In this document: positions 18,174 through 27,892 of the stretch, in pieces | Layout of the letters: each line of letters begins with the position of its first letter | How positions within the stretch are numbered: the stretch's first letter is position 1 | Source: Nitrospirota bacterium | Lineage (GTDB): Bacteria > Nitrospirota > Nitrospiria > Nitrospirales > Nitrospiraceae | Direction of reading: 5' to 3' | Assembly (NCBI GenBank): GCA_963701855.1 | Contig: CAVPBK010000006.1 | Location: 1,216,001-1,280,000, forward strand | Length of the DNA: 64,000 bases | The notes under the pieces: model-generated | The model's database searches: none | Told to the model about the DNA's origin: nothing | The model's input: only the letters and a program-made list of their open reading frames with translations | Position numbers and translations under genes: made by a program

Positions 18174-18661
18174 TCGACTTTTCCGCCTGACTCACGAACG
18201 CGCTGCACAATATACGCCTGCGTTTCTGGAGGCAAACACGCGAGCGGCAACGTGCTGAACTGTGCCTTTGAGTACAGCAATAGCCACACGCTTGGGAACT
18301 GCCACAACTCTTTGACGGCTGACCACTGAAGCGTGGTCGTGCCGATGTCCGAACTCATGGTGAACGAGGATTCGTCAGCACGGAACATCGCTCGAGGCTG
18401 GCCCATCTGACGGAACTTGTGCAGCGATCTACGATAGTGCACGACATAGACAACAATGGCGAACGCGATGCCCACCAACAGTACGGCTGCAAGACCACCG
18501 ATGATCCAAGAGGACTGACCTAGCGCCACGAGCACAACGAGCCCGAGCGCTGCAATAAGAAGCGCAACAAAAAATCCGACACCGACGGTGCGCCGCCAAA
18601 ACGCGAATACCGCCTGATGTAGCAACGCCTTGCTGTAAATGAGTGTGGCATCGTGGGGCAT
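18167..18661 (-). CDS. YcxB-family membrane protein, gene cassette
   Basis: Two TMs then TTLQWSAVKELWQFPSVWLL..FSTLP; the ORF-track extension is translated attC (GRVAELGS). Confidence 0.8.
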   Translation of the reverse strand: MPHDATLIYSKALLHQAVFAFWRRTVGVGFFVALLIAALGLVVLVALGQSSWIIGGLAAVLLVGIAFAIVVYVVHYRRSLHKFRQMGQPRAMFRADESSFTMSSDIGTTTLQWSAVKELWQFPSVWLLLYSKAQFSTLPLACLPPETQAYIVQRVRESGGKVDG

Positions 18662-18664
18662 GGT

Positions 18665-18757
18665 GGCTACCGATCCAAGCTCAGCGACCCGGCCCACGCG
18701 GGGCGCAGATTGCCACCACAGCGCAATGGCTTGGTTCGCAGCAAGGCATGGCCAGGC
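18665..18757 (-). other. Integron attC site (degenerate)
   Basis: Minus strand GCCTGGC-CATGCCTTGCTGCGAACC ... GGGCCGGGTCGCTGAGCTTGGATC-GGTAGCC; 3' arm nearly identical to attC at 17758. Confidence 0.7.
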
Positions 18758-18998
18758 GCTCGTCATCATGCTCTCAATCTACCAACACAAAGTGATGGAA
18801 TGCTACTGGGAACAACATGACCAGCCTGATGCCGGGCAGTGGAGCAACTCGTGTACGTGGATGCGCGAAAAGAAGAGGAGAGGAGTTGAGCTGACTGCGT
18901 GCCGGCACACTACTTCTGCCAGGCAGATCAATGGTTTCTGGAACCTATATCCGTTCCTCAGCAGCTTTAGAGGCAGGATGGAACGTTTGGCAACGGCA

Positions 18999-19424
18999 CT
19001 AATTCATCCCAGGAATCGGAGGCACTTGAAAAAGGGTCACAAGCAATTCTTCTTTCGCGTCGGCAATACAAAGCCATCGAAGAGCGTCATCTATTTTCCG
19101 GAAGATCTGCAGCTCATGGGGCGAGTCGTCAGACAAAATTTGGTACATACGCGCCATGCCGAAGACTACGTCGCTAGTGATTACCACGGCGCGCCGGGCA
19201 CCGGCCCCGAAGGGATTCAGCCTGACCATCTCTCTGATTGTGGAGACAGTGATCTGGACGTCTGTCACATCACGCAGGTCGGCGAGCTGGCGAAAGTCCC
19301 GCGCGAAGCGTGGATCAGAGGTCAGAGTACGTACGTGTGCCAGAAGCTCTCGATCCGTCACTAAGTCCCATCCGCGGGATAAGACTAAGGACCGCGCCAG
19401 GTCGATTGTGTAGCCGCAAGGCAT
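18999..19424 (-). CDS. STAS/SpoIIAA-like hypothetical protein
   Basis: QLADLRDV, RRAVV..SDVVFGMARMYQ, QIFRKIDDALRWL. Confidence 0.7.
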   Translation of the reverse strand: MPCGYTIDLARSLVLSRGWDLVTDRELLAHVRTLTSDPRFARDFRQLADLRDVTDVQITVSTIREMVRLNPFGAGARRAVVITSDVVFGMARMYQILSDDSPHELQIFRKIDDALRWLCIADAKEELLVTLFQVPPIPGMN

Positions 19425-19550
19425 AGTGTGAAGCCTATGGTAATTCACAGGACGCCGCAAGAGGGGACGAGCGCGGGAAGGCGAAACTTCGTATGCGGCG
19501 AAGGAGATGGGGTCACAATGATCCGACCCGTGTGACCCTTACCCCACGGC

Positions 19551-21134
19551 TTAGCCGAAGAGTTTTCCCTGCGGCTGCACATCGGACCTGATCTCCGGCC
19601 AGCGCTCGACAAACGATGCTGCAGAAATGCGTGCCAGCTCGCTCGGCTCAATCTTGTTCAAACCGCCACCGTAAACCCGGCCTTCGCCACGGAGTTCGTG
19701 GCCAGTAACTTGACCGAGCAAAGCGTGGACAGTTTCGGCACGGTCGGGATGTCGGCGAAGCATCATCGCGAGGTTGTTCTGCGGGTAGAGCATCAGGTAG
19801 AGATTGGTTCCAATCGCCTTCGAGCGGTTCCAGATGAAGCGGAACGGCTGCTTGTCGTTAGAGCCGCGGCCCATGTATGTGCAGAGGAACGGGGTGGGCT
19901 CTCGCTGTTCCTGCTTGTACCACGGGGTGCGCTTGCCGATCAGATAGCCGTCCATGATGCCGAGCGCCTGGGCGGACCTCAGGTATTCCCAAAGTGCCGG
20001 GTGCTTGGCCTCGACGATCGGCTCGGGCAGGTTGCAATCGATGACGCACAGCTGGCGGTCGAGGAGGGGGTAGCCGTCACCGTCCGCGTCGACGCTCGTG
20101 GTCTTTAGATATCGTGGGCTGGGAAGAATTGGTCGGAGGAATTTGCTCGGTAGGCCGAGGCTTTTCGCGTCGGCGCGGGCGAGCACGAAAAACTTGTTGC
20201 AGCCGGTGGCGATGCCTCGCTGGACGCGGAAGAAGTCGCCAAGCGTCGGGCCGTTACTGTCGCTACGCGTATGTCGGTCGTTCTTGGCGTGACTCGGATA
20301 CAGGGTCCACTTGCGCGACTCGCGCAATCGTTCACGCGGGATGAGGTCGCGAGCATGCGGCTCGGCCAGCGTGCCGCCATAGGTAAATTCAACGTCATGA
20401 GTGGCGGCGGGCGGCGTCTTGCGGAACACCAGCACGACCGACGACACAAGGGCGTCACCGAACTGAACATCGTCTGGGTCAAAGCGGTGAGCCCGGATAA
20501 GCGTAACGCGATCCGCGAGGAAGCCCTTGAGTGCCGTGCCGTAGTTGACGTCCATGAACTCCGAGGGGATGAGCCACGCGGCGATCCCACCGTCTTCCAT
20601 CCAGGCCGTGGCGAGCAAAAGAAAGTAGACGTACAGACCTGCAAGGCCGTTGACTTCAACTCCGGTCATCGTGAACGTGAGACTTTGGAGGCGTTCCTTG
20701 TCCTCTCGATTCATGTGATGGTGTCGGACGTAGGGCGGGTTCGCCAAGATAACGTTGGGCGCGAGTGGGCATGAGCCGGTCGCAACGACTCGCGTGAAAT
20801 CGCCGCGCACAACCTCAAGCCCGGCATGGGCCCACAGATTGCGGGCGGCGTCGGCGAATGCGGGATCGAGCTCAACCCCGATGGCGCTGCTGATTCGCTT
20901 GGAGCCAAAGACAGCGAGCGCCGCCGAAAAGAAGCTGCCTGAACCGATCGAAGGGTCGGCAAAGCGAATACTGCCTTTGGTCCGGCCGAGGACTGATTGG
21001 ACGTAGCGAGCGATCTCGACAGCGAATGCATTAGGCGTTGCGAATTGGCCAAGGCGATTCCGCTCGGATTGGGTTCGGCATCCGTCGATCAACCACTGCG
21101 CGACCTGTCGTTCGGATTCGATGCTATGGATCAT
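19551..21134 (-). CDS. Type II N6-adenine DNA methyltransferase (gamma class, XamI/Eco57I-like)
   Basis: LGQFATP, DPSIGSGSF (motif I), NPPY (motif IV), GRVYGGGLNKIEP; ATG 21134 overlaps the upstream TGA. Confidence 0.9.
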   Translation of the reverse strand: MIHSIESERQVAQWLIDGCRTQSERNRLGQFATPNAFAVEIARYVQSVLGRTKGSIRFADPSIGSGSFFSAALAVFGSKRISSAIGVELDPAFADAARNLWAHAGLEVVRGDFTRVVATGSCPLAPNVILANPPYVRHHHMNREDKERLQSLTFTMTGVEVNGLAGLYVYFLLLATAWMEDGGIAAWLIPSEFMDVNYGTALKGFLADRVTLIRAHRFDPDDVQFGDALVSSVVLVFRKTPPAATHDVEFTYGGTLAEPHARDLIPRERLRESRKWTLYPSHAKNDRHTRSDSNGPTLGDFFRVQRGIATGCNKFFVLARADAKSLGLPSKFLRPILPSPRYLKTTSVDADGDGYPLLDRQLCVIDCNLPEPIVEAKHPALWEYLRSAQALGIMDGYLIGKRTPWYKQEQREPTPFLCTYMGRGSNDKQPFRFIWNRSKAIGTNLYLMLYPQNNLAMMLRRHPDRAETVHALLGQVTGHELRGEGRVYGGGLNKIEPSELARISAASFVERWPEIRSDVQPQGKLFG

Positions 21135-21763
21135 GGTCGTAGAATGTCGTTTGACAGCGCACTGATAACGTCTAGATACATGTCCAGAACGGTTCCGTGA
21201 GTTTGATCTGCCGGATCGTAACTCCCTAGAAAGCTCCCTGGCGTACATCGGGGTGGGAGTATCGTCAGCTTCTGTCGAACGAGTTCCTCAAACTTCCCAC
21301 GTGCATCGTCGGAGTGATGAGTAATTGCATTGCGTACCCTCTTCATTTCCTGGATTACGACGTTCTCTGCTCGAAGCTTGTTAAAGCAACTTCCTTGCCG
21401 GAAGACAAGGTCTGCTCGATCGGATACCTGAATCGCGTCGGTCCAGTCAAGGTAGGGGCGATTGCCAGAAAGCTTGTTCAAGAATCTCCACGCTGATGGA
21501 AAGTCCGGTGGGCGGTAGTACCGATGCGGTGGACGCCCGTGCAGTGGCTTGTTGCCCATAAGGTAGCTTAAAAAAGCGTCTTCAAGGAATCGCTCCCATG
21601 CAACGAAGGTTCGCAAGAACGCCACCTCGTACAGAACCTCGTGGAGGTTCTTGGGTGCGTTCGGCGTCTGCAACCCTGCCCGCGCAGTCACTCGTGCGGC
21701 ATGAAGCGACCCAAGCGAGCCCCGCTCAATTGCACGGAATCCAACGACCCTAGCCGAAGGCAT
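21131..21763 (-). CDS. HEPN-domain putative RNase
   Basis: FLRTFVAWERFLEDAF helix and RNAITH (RxxxxH); start ATG 21763 inferred. Confidence 0.78.
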   Translation of the reverse strand: MPSARVVGFRAIERGSLGSLHAARVTARAGLQTPNAPKNLHEVLYEVAFLRTFVAWERFLEDAFLSYLMGNKPLHGRPPHRYYRPPDFPSAWRFLNKLSGNRPYLDWTDAIQVSDRADLVFRQGSCFNKLRAENVVIQEMKRVRNAITHHSDDARGKFEELVRQKLTILPPRCTPGSFLGSYDPADQTHGTVLDMYLDVISALSNDILRP

Positions 21764-21852
21764 AATCAAAGTACCATAGCGAATCAGATCACAAAGGAAC
21801 TTCACTCTCAATTCTCGCTCAGGTTGAAGTGTTGTGGCACGCTTTGCCGCAT

Positions 21853-22806
21853 TTAGAAACGCTTTCTCGTGCTCGTTCCGTCGTCCGTGTTCCAAAATTG
21901 GTGAACTTCAGTTAACTGGCTCATAAGACGTGCAGCTTTCGTCTGACTAATTCGGGCACGTCGAGCATTGAGTTTTGGAAGGCCGAATTGCATGTGCGCC
22001 ACTGCACAGAAGAGGGAGTAGAAAAGAACAGGCCGGCAGAATTCGTGATCGGCCAACCTGTCGGGGAATAGCATACCGATCGTGTCGATGGTCGATCGAA
22101 ATTTATTCTCAAGAGCCGAGCGACCGGGAAGATCGTCATCCCATTGTTTAAAATAGGAATCTAGCCGCCCCTTGTCCTGAATGCCATCAGCCATGGGAAT
22201 GAGTAAGTCTGCGCTCAGTTCAGCATCGATCATGCGGGAAATCGAAGCTTCGGAGAGAATTTCGTTCTTAATCCAGAAGCTTTCGAACTCGTTACCGATC
22301 GCAAAACCAGGAGTACGAAAGGCACGATAGAACTCGGCATGAAGTAGTTCGATCTTGTTTAACTTGACACGGTAAGTATTGAGCCTTGCAAAGATGTCAC
22401 GCACCTCAGGATCACTGATGTTGATAAGGCAATCGGTGGCAATCTGATAGGCGCGGATGGATGTCTGTACGTCATCCGGAAGCTGACGGAAGTAGATACA
22501 CGCGTACTCTTTATTATGAGTCCGAGAGACCGGGAAAGCATCTTCCATGTATTCAAAAATGGCGCGCAGACGCTGTTGTCCGTCTACGACCTCTCGCATG
22601 GTCTTCCGCGTTGCGGTGCTGATGTGTTCTCTGATTAGGATTTTTGGTGTGGGCTTCCCGCGGATAACGGAGTCGAGAAGATAGGATTTGGCCTTCTTTG
22701 TCCATACTTTGCGCCGTTGAAACTTTGGCGATAGCTCTAGGATGCCACCCTCTTTCCATTCGACGAAGTCATTGATCGAGTAAGTCTTGGTTTGGAACTG
22801 ATTCAT
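21853..22806 (-). CDS. DUF262 (GmrS/ParB-like) protein, probably frameshifted near its 3' end
   Basis: PKFQRRKVW, VVDGQQRL, IFARLN hallmark motifs. Confidence 0.88.
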   Translation of the reverse strand: MNQFQTKTYSINDFVEWKEGGILELSPKFQRRKVWTKKAKSYLLDSVIRGKPTPKILIREHISTATRKTMREVVDGQQRLRAIFEYMEDAFPVSRTHNKEYACIYFRQLPDDVQTSIRAYQIATDCLINISDPEVRDIFARLNTYRVKLNKIELLHAEFYRAFRTPGFAIGNEFESFWIKNEILSEASISRMIDAELSADLLIPMADGIQDKGRLDSYFKQWDDDLPGRSALENKFRSTIDTIGMLFPDRLADHEFCRPVLFYSLFCAVAHMQFGLPKLNARRARISQTKAARLMSQLTEVHQFWNTDDGTSTRKRF

Positions 22807-23156
22807 TCTTGAAAATCCTCCGGGTGGAACGCCAGTTTACCTTCCCCCGTGCGGCCGACAAGGTGATTGCTGGAGTCCGCCAAGCCGATTAAGCGATTCA
22901 CGGCAAGGCGTTGAGCCGTACACATGTGGAGAGTCGGCAAGGCGCTGGGGTTCGCCTTGAGCTTGGCTGCATCAAGGCTGCGAAGGTTACGGGTCGCCAA
23001 AAGTGCGGCTTTGACATGTTCGGCCTTATTCACGCGTGTCGCGCGAAACGCCTCGGGTGCGAAGCGCATGAACCATTGGTTGAACTGGTCAACGGAAGCC
23101 GCGATGTCGGTCTTCCAGAGGTGCGGCTTGTCCGCATTGATTCGTCTAGCCATCAT
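22803..23156 (-). pseudogene. N-terminal fragment of a XamI-family restriction endonuclease
   Basis: INADKPHLWKTDIAASVDQFNQWFMRFAP resembles XamI-family N-termini; ends at 117 aa with no catalytic half. Confidence 0.75.
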
Positions 23157-23417
23157 GAATCCGTACGTTGATCGGTATCGGGTTTTCGGCTGTCGCGGTT
23201 ACTGTCTTGGGACGTACCTATTAAGTGAGTTGCGAGAGGGATCTTAGGCCTGGCGGCCTATTCCTCAAAGGATTCCTCTCTCTGTTGAACCAAAGTCCCA
23301 GACACTATCCTCACTTCGGGAAACTCTGTCAAGAACCGCCCGTAGAAAAACACTGTTACTTACGAGCCTATCTCTCTATTGGCTCGCCGCCTATTTTCGC
23401 ATGACCAATTGCCGAAA

Positions 23418-23454
23418 CGCGATGTGCGATGAACCCTCGGAGTTATGTGGGCTA
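23418..23454 (-). repeat. Degenerate solo end of MITE family B
   Basis: GCGATGTGCGATGAACCCTCGGAGTTATGTGGGCTA resembles the reverse complement of the 51553 left end. Confidence 0.5.
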
Positions 23455-23597
23455 GGACCGTGGATTCGCATAGCCTTCTTGAGTGAGCATCTCGGCCACA
23501 TTCTGTCCGTCGACAAAGACATCGACCACGAGGCGATCATAGACAGTCTTGCGGTGTGCGCTTCGGAAGGAGTCTTCTGTGATGCCCGCTTAGTTAC

Positions 23598-23967
23598 TCA
23601 GCAGGTCCTCTTGTCTTGTGAATCCCACTGTCCCTGATCTTCTGGGGGCACGAGTGGGCGACGAGGCAACGTCGACTTGAGGCTTTGGTCCAATGAGCGA
23701 TGCGTTCCCTTCGCGTTCTTGTGCGGACGCAATCCTTTTTCACGGTGAGGTCGTTGAGGCCGCAGGTCGCTGCCTCGGTCTTCCTTCTGGTTTCCTGCAG
23801 AGGTCACACGATGTGTGAATTTCGGACTCAGTGTGCCCGGGGGTCAAGGGCCTTGTGGGCAGAGATGAAGGCGGGGCAGTCGATTGTTGTGCCGGGACCT
23901 GATGGGGAAAGATCAGGATAAAGCCGACCACTATGAGTGCACCAAACGTGGTTGGACCTTGTGCCAT
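23598..23967 (-). CDS. Exported CxxC hypothetical protein, probable +1 frameshift near 23785
   Basis: Signal peptide and CDLCRKPE; removing one base joins ORF 23740-24030 to ORF 23598-23807. Confidence 0.45.
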
Positions 23968-24221
23968 GATGCCCGCAGGAACGCACAGTCCATGCCAGAG
24001 CGATCTGATTGACAATGCAAAAAGCCGCATGCTGTTATAACGCGTATCGTATTATTCCCACGGGGCTTGCGAGAAAGCTGGGATGGGTGAAGTGGTCTCA
24101 AGGCTGAAGCTGGGAAGGCCGAAGGTCGGGGTTCGAAGTCGAACAGCCTTCCTTTCGGCCTTCGGACCGCGCCTGTCGCGCACGTCTTGCTTGTCTCGCT
24201 CACAATTCACGGAGGCTTCTA

Positions 24222-24452
24222 ATGGATATGATGGGACGTGTGGGGCTGATCGAGATTCCGATCTTGATCGCACCCGATCAAAAGGTCTGGATGGATCGCA
24301 TGATCAAGGAAGGCAAGATTGCCATTCCTCCAGGCGGGACACTGGAAAAAGGCTCGCTCTATTCGATGTTTGTCCGAATGCTCCTGCATAACGCGATGGA
24401 AGAGCAGAAACGACAAGAGGTGCTTGACGCGGAAGACGAGGACGACGAATAA
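24222..24452 (+). CDS. 76-aa hypothetical protein with acidic tail
   Basis: GGAGG RBS, protein-like composition. Confidence 0.7.
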   Translation: MDMMGRVGLIEIPILIAPDQKVWMDRMIKEGKIAIPPGGTLEKGSLYSMFVRMLLHNAMEEQKRQEVLDAEDEDDE

Positions 24453-24578
24453 CCAGGATGTTGAAAGCCGCCGCCAGCTGCGTTCTCGCATCGCGCAAGG
24501 CTTCAACGTGCAAGAGCACGCCTCAGCCTTGCGCTCCGCTGCGGCCTTGCTGGACAGCGACTTTGAACATCCTGGTAA
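24450..24578 (+). mobile_element. MITE-like element, family A (short form)
   Basis: Colinear with 61583-61712; CAGGATGTTGAAA ... TTTGAACATCCTG. Confidence 0.7.
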
Positions 24579-24652
24579 GAAAAAGGCTGTATCGAAAGAG
24601 GCTGAAGAGTATCTCCCTTGATACAGCGGAAAGGGCCTACGCGATCAGTTCC

Positions 24653-25936
24653 TCAAAGTGCTTTGAACGCTGAGTGCGCGGCTTTGATTGTGTAGTCGAT
24701 ATCGCGGGCTGAATGAGCTGTTGAGAGGAAGGAGGCTTCGAATTGAGAGGGGGCCAAGTATATCCCCTGTTCCAGCATCGCATGAAAGAACTGCCCGTAC
24801 CGTTTCGTGTCCGACAGTTTTGCGGTATCCCAATCCACCACCGGATCTGATGTAAAAAAGGCTCCGAGTATCGACCCGACTCTGGTTTGCGTGAGCGGCA
24901 CGCCTGCTTTTTTCGCGGCCATTCCAATCCCTTTGGCTAGGGCTGCTGATTTCTCTTCCAGCTGTTTGTAGACCCCGCGGGTTTTGAGCTGCTTGAGCGT
25001 GGCAATGCCTGCGGACACAGCCAACGGATTTCCCGACAATGTTCCAGCCTGATAGACCGGCCCCAACGGCGCGATCAGATCCATGATCTCTTTTCGTCCT
25101 CCGTAGGCGCCAACCGGTAATCCTCCGCCGATGATTTTCCCCAGTACCGTCAAATCCGGAGTAATGCCGTAGAGCGTTTGGGCTCCGCCGTAGGCCACAC
25201 GAAAGCCGGAGATCACCTCGTCGAAAATCAGGAGGATGTTGTTTTCTGTGGCGAGTCGCCGGAGTGACGAAAGAAATTCAGGCGCCGGTGGCACCACGCC
25301 CATGTTCGCTGCGATCGGTTCTAGAATAATGCAGGCCAATGTGTCCCGCTGTTCCTTGACGATCTGTTGCACCGTTCGGATGTCGTTGTACGTGGCGGTC
25401 AAGGTATGTTTTGCAAAATCAACCGGAACTCCAAGCGAATCTGGAATTCCCAGCGTGGCCAGACCCGATCCAGCCTTTGCGAGCAAATAATCGCTGTGGC
25501 CGTGGTAGCACCCTTCAAACTTGAGAATGTTGTCTCGCTTCGTAAATCCCCGGGCCACACGAATGGCGCTCATGACCGCCTCGGTGCCGGAGCTGACGAG
25601 CCGGACCTTTTCCATCGAGGGGAAAGCATCGCGGATCATGCGGGCGAGTATGACTTCCAGCTCGGTCGGCGCGCCGTAACTGGTTCCGTTTGCAGCAGCT
25701 TTTTTGATCGCACTGATGATCGATGGGGCAGCGTGACCCAAAATCATTGGGCCCCATGAGAGCACATAGTCGATGTAGCCGTTCCCGTCGACGTCGTAGA
25801 GGCGGGCGCCTTTAGCGCGCTTGATAAACCGGGGTTGGCCTCCAACAGAGCGAAAGGCGCGCACCGGACTATTCACACCTCCGGGAATTACCTGTTGTGC
25901 GTCGGCAAACAGCTTGGCGGAACGAGTGGTTTTCAT
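24653..25936 (-). CDS. hemL: Glutamate-1-semialdehyde 2,1-aminomutase
   Basis: [49 protein letters not shown]. Confidence 0.97.
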   Translation of the reverse strand: MKTTRSAKLFADAQQVIPGGVNSPVRAFRSVGGQPRFIKRAKGARLYDVDGNGYIDYVLSWGPMILGHAAPSIISAIKKAAANGTSYGAPTELEVILARMIRDAFPSMEKVRLVSSGTEAVMSAIRVARGFTKRDNILKFEGCYHGHSDYLLAKAGSGLATLGIPDSLGVPVDFAKHTLTATYNDIRTVQQIVKEQRDTLACIILEPIAANMGVVPPAPEFLSSLRRLATENNILLIFDEVISGFRVAYGGAQTLYGITPDLTVLGKIIGGGLPVGAYGGRKEIMDLIAPLGPVYQAGTLSGNPLAVSAGIATLKQLKTRGVYKQLEEKSAALAKGIGMAAKKAGVPLTQTRVGSILGAFFTSDPVVDWDTAKLSDTKRYGQFFHAMLEQGIYLAPSQFEASFLSTAHSARDIDYTIKAAHSAFKAL

Positions 25937-26133
25937 AATGGGGGCGCACAGTACCATGCGGTCGAGCCTCGGTCAAGAATGAGAAGATTCATGTGGCGTG
26001 ATACAACAACTGGGGCGTTAATGTAACAAAGATATACGCATCGTGACATTTTTTGATATAGGTTGTGTTGTTGTAAGGCAGGGATTTTTCGTAATCCATT
26101 GTAAATACTCCGATTCATCCCACCAATCGAGCG

Positions 26134-26148
26134 CGGCTCGGATTTTGC
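26134..26148 (+). promoter_or_regulatory. Possible sigma-54 -24/-12 promoter
   Basis: CGGCTC-N5-TTGC with correct spacing, downstream of an AT-rich tract. Confidence 0.3.
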
Positions 26149-26258
26149 GCTAACCAGGCGAGTATGATCAGAAACTCTAACAGGCAGCGAAAAAACTATT
26201 GTGGTAGGCTAACGCTTCGACTATCCGTCCCTGTGGGACAACAGGGGGACAATTCTGA

Positions 26259-26436
26259 TAGGCTGCTCAAAAGACCGGACTTCTCACCCGCCCATTTTGA
26301 GTTTGCCAAGACAGACTTTTTCCCCTGAGACGTGTCATGTCTGAAGCAAGGCTGCGGCTATTGAGCCTGAGCCACGTTTCACCATTCCTGGGAGCGAAGC
26401 AAGGCCGAAGTCTGCGGATCTTTTGGCGTCTGTTAG
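26259..26436. mobile_element. MITE-like element, family A (degenerate)
   Basis: AGGCTGCTCAAAAG, TTCTCACCCGCCC, GCCAAGACAG and GCAAGGC modules shared with 57432-57650. Confidence 0.6.
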
Positions 26437-26457
26437 GCGGCGATTAAGAGATCGACG

Positions 26458-26697
26458 ATGAAGATTATCTGTTCGTGGTGCCGGCAAGAAGGGAAACCCG
26501 AGCTGGTGGGAGAGAAGGCCCCTCTCGACGATGCGCGGGAAACGCATGGGATTTGCGTCGTTCATCGCCACGACGTCAAAGCGCACTGGCAGGCATCGAT
26601 TCACACCGTCCCACGTTCTGGAGGCGTGACCGGATTGTCTTCCGCGCTCTTCCGCTGGACAGGCTTGCTGAATGTGACCAAGAAGATGCGTCCATAG
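26458..26697 (+). CDS. Small putative Zn-binding protein
   Basis: CSWC ... THGICVVH ligand pattern. Confidence 0.7.
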   Translation: MKIICSWCRQEGKPELVGEKAPLDDARETHGICVVHRHDVKAHWQASIHTVPRSGGVTGLSSALFRWTGLLNVTKKMRP

Positions 26698-26870
26698 GAC
26701 AGGCACATCTTCTTGTCGATCTACCGGGAGTTAGACTCCCATTTTTCCCTGAAACATCGTGAGTCTCTAGTCGACTGTTTCCCTTACCGGATGTTGAAAA
26801 GCGCCGTCCGCGTCCATGGTCTGTGGCACATGGAGCGAGAGGATGGGCTGGTCTCTCTTGTCTCGCGTGA

Positions 26871-27431
26871 CTATTCTGCAGGTGAGGTCCGTTTTGAGGG
26901 AGATCGGCGCCGCAATCCAAACTTCCGAGTCGGTTCCCCATTGATTTCTTTCATTCCCCAGTGGGGCCGCTTGGATTTTTCTTGTTCCGAAACAGCGAAC
27001 AGCGCGTGAAAGGGTGTCGCTCGTCGCGCGCCCATCCCTGCCTGTCCGTTTCCCCAAGCCTCTCCCGCATCGCGCAAGACCTCAAGAAAGGTTTCATACT
27101 CTGCCTCGTCGTTGGATAACACATGGGCCGCATTGGTGATGAGCAGGACATAGCCCTTGGCCGGCAGCCATTCCAGATCGGTCAGACATTCCTCCAAGGC
27201 GTCCCAGTTGTGGCCGAAGTAGTCGGGAAAATCTAAGGCGCGGGCACATTCGGTCAACAGGCCGGCGGTGGTCCGGCACTTGACGCCCTGGATGACTTTC
27301 ATCACAAACTCGTTCGGTGGGCGCACCAGGGATTCAGCGCGCTGCCCGTCTGCGACCATCAGCAATGTGGTCCAGGGGGCCTTCGTCGATTGGAGATAGG
27401 CGGTCAATGTCTGTGAGTGTTTCGGGGTCAT
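26871..27431 (-). CDS. Barstar-family RNase inhibitor
   Basis: ALDFPDYFGHNWDALEECLTDLEW. Confidence 0.9.
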   Translation of the reverse strand: MTPKHSQTLTAYLQSTKAPWTTLLMVADGQRAESLVRPPNEFVMKVIQGVKCRTTAGLLTECARALDFPDYFGHNWDALEECLTDLEWLPAKGYVLLITNAAHVLSNDEAEYETFLEVLRDAGEAWGNGQAGMGARRATPFHALFAVSEQEKSKRPHWGMKEINGEPTRKFGLRRRSPSKRTSPAE

Positions 27432-27892
27432 GGTATCTCATTCAGCGGAGTGAACGTTCGGTAGTGGTTACCGGTATAGTAGGCTCTGCCGGTGTCTTGC
27501 TCGATGACGATCCGTTCCGCGTCCCGCGAGCGACCGCGTATCTTCGGATTCACATCGTACTCGCGATAGTGACCGCGAGGCAGTAGTCTTTCTCGATTCT
27601 GAAACACCCCGCCGCCGACATATCCAGGGAGCGCTTTGCCCTCATGTTGCTGAATTGCTTCCAGCAGGTCTTTGGCTTTTTGCAGGGGATCCTTCGCGGC
27701 GCGATGTAATTGTCGATCGAGAGGCGGCGTGGCATTGTGAAGAGCTGGTCCTGTGGGCAGAACGGATGGGACAGAGTCAGACGGTACGGTCGTTTCAGGC
27801 GACGAACCGGCGTTGGGAGTGCCAGTAGGGCTGCCGACCAGTAGCCCACCAAGGACGACGAGTATTCCATAAATCTTCCAAGTTGGACCCAT
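27428..27892 (-). CDS. Secreted guanyl-specific ribonuclease (barnase/RNase Sa family)
   Basis: FQNRERLLP, YREYDV, RDAERIV, YYTGNHYRTF; signal peptide; ATGA overlap with barstar. Confidence 0.9.
   Translation of the reverse strand: MGPTWKIYGILVVLGGLLVGSPTGTPNAGSSPETTVPSDSVPSVLPTGPALHNATPPLDRQLHRAAKDPLQKAKDLLEAIQQHEGKALPGYVGGGVFQNRERLLPRGHYREYDVNPKIRGRSRDAERIVIEQDTGRAYYTGNHYRTFTPLNEIP

Noticed and set aside
18639..19364. 241-aa plus-strand ORF
   Set aside because: Antisense to an attC and the STAS-like gene; no motifs.
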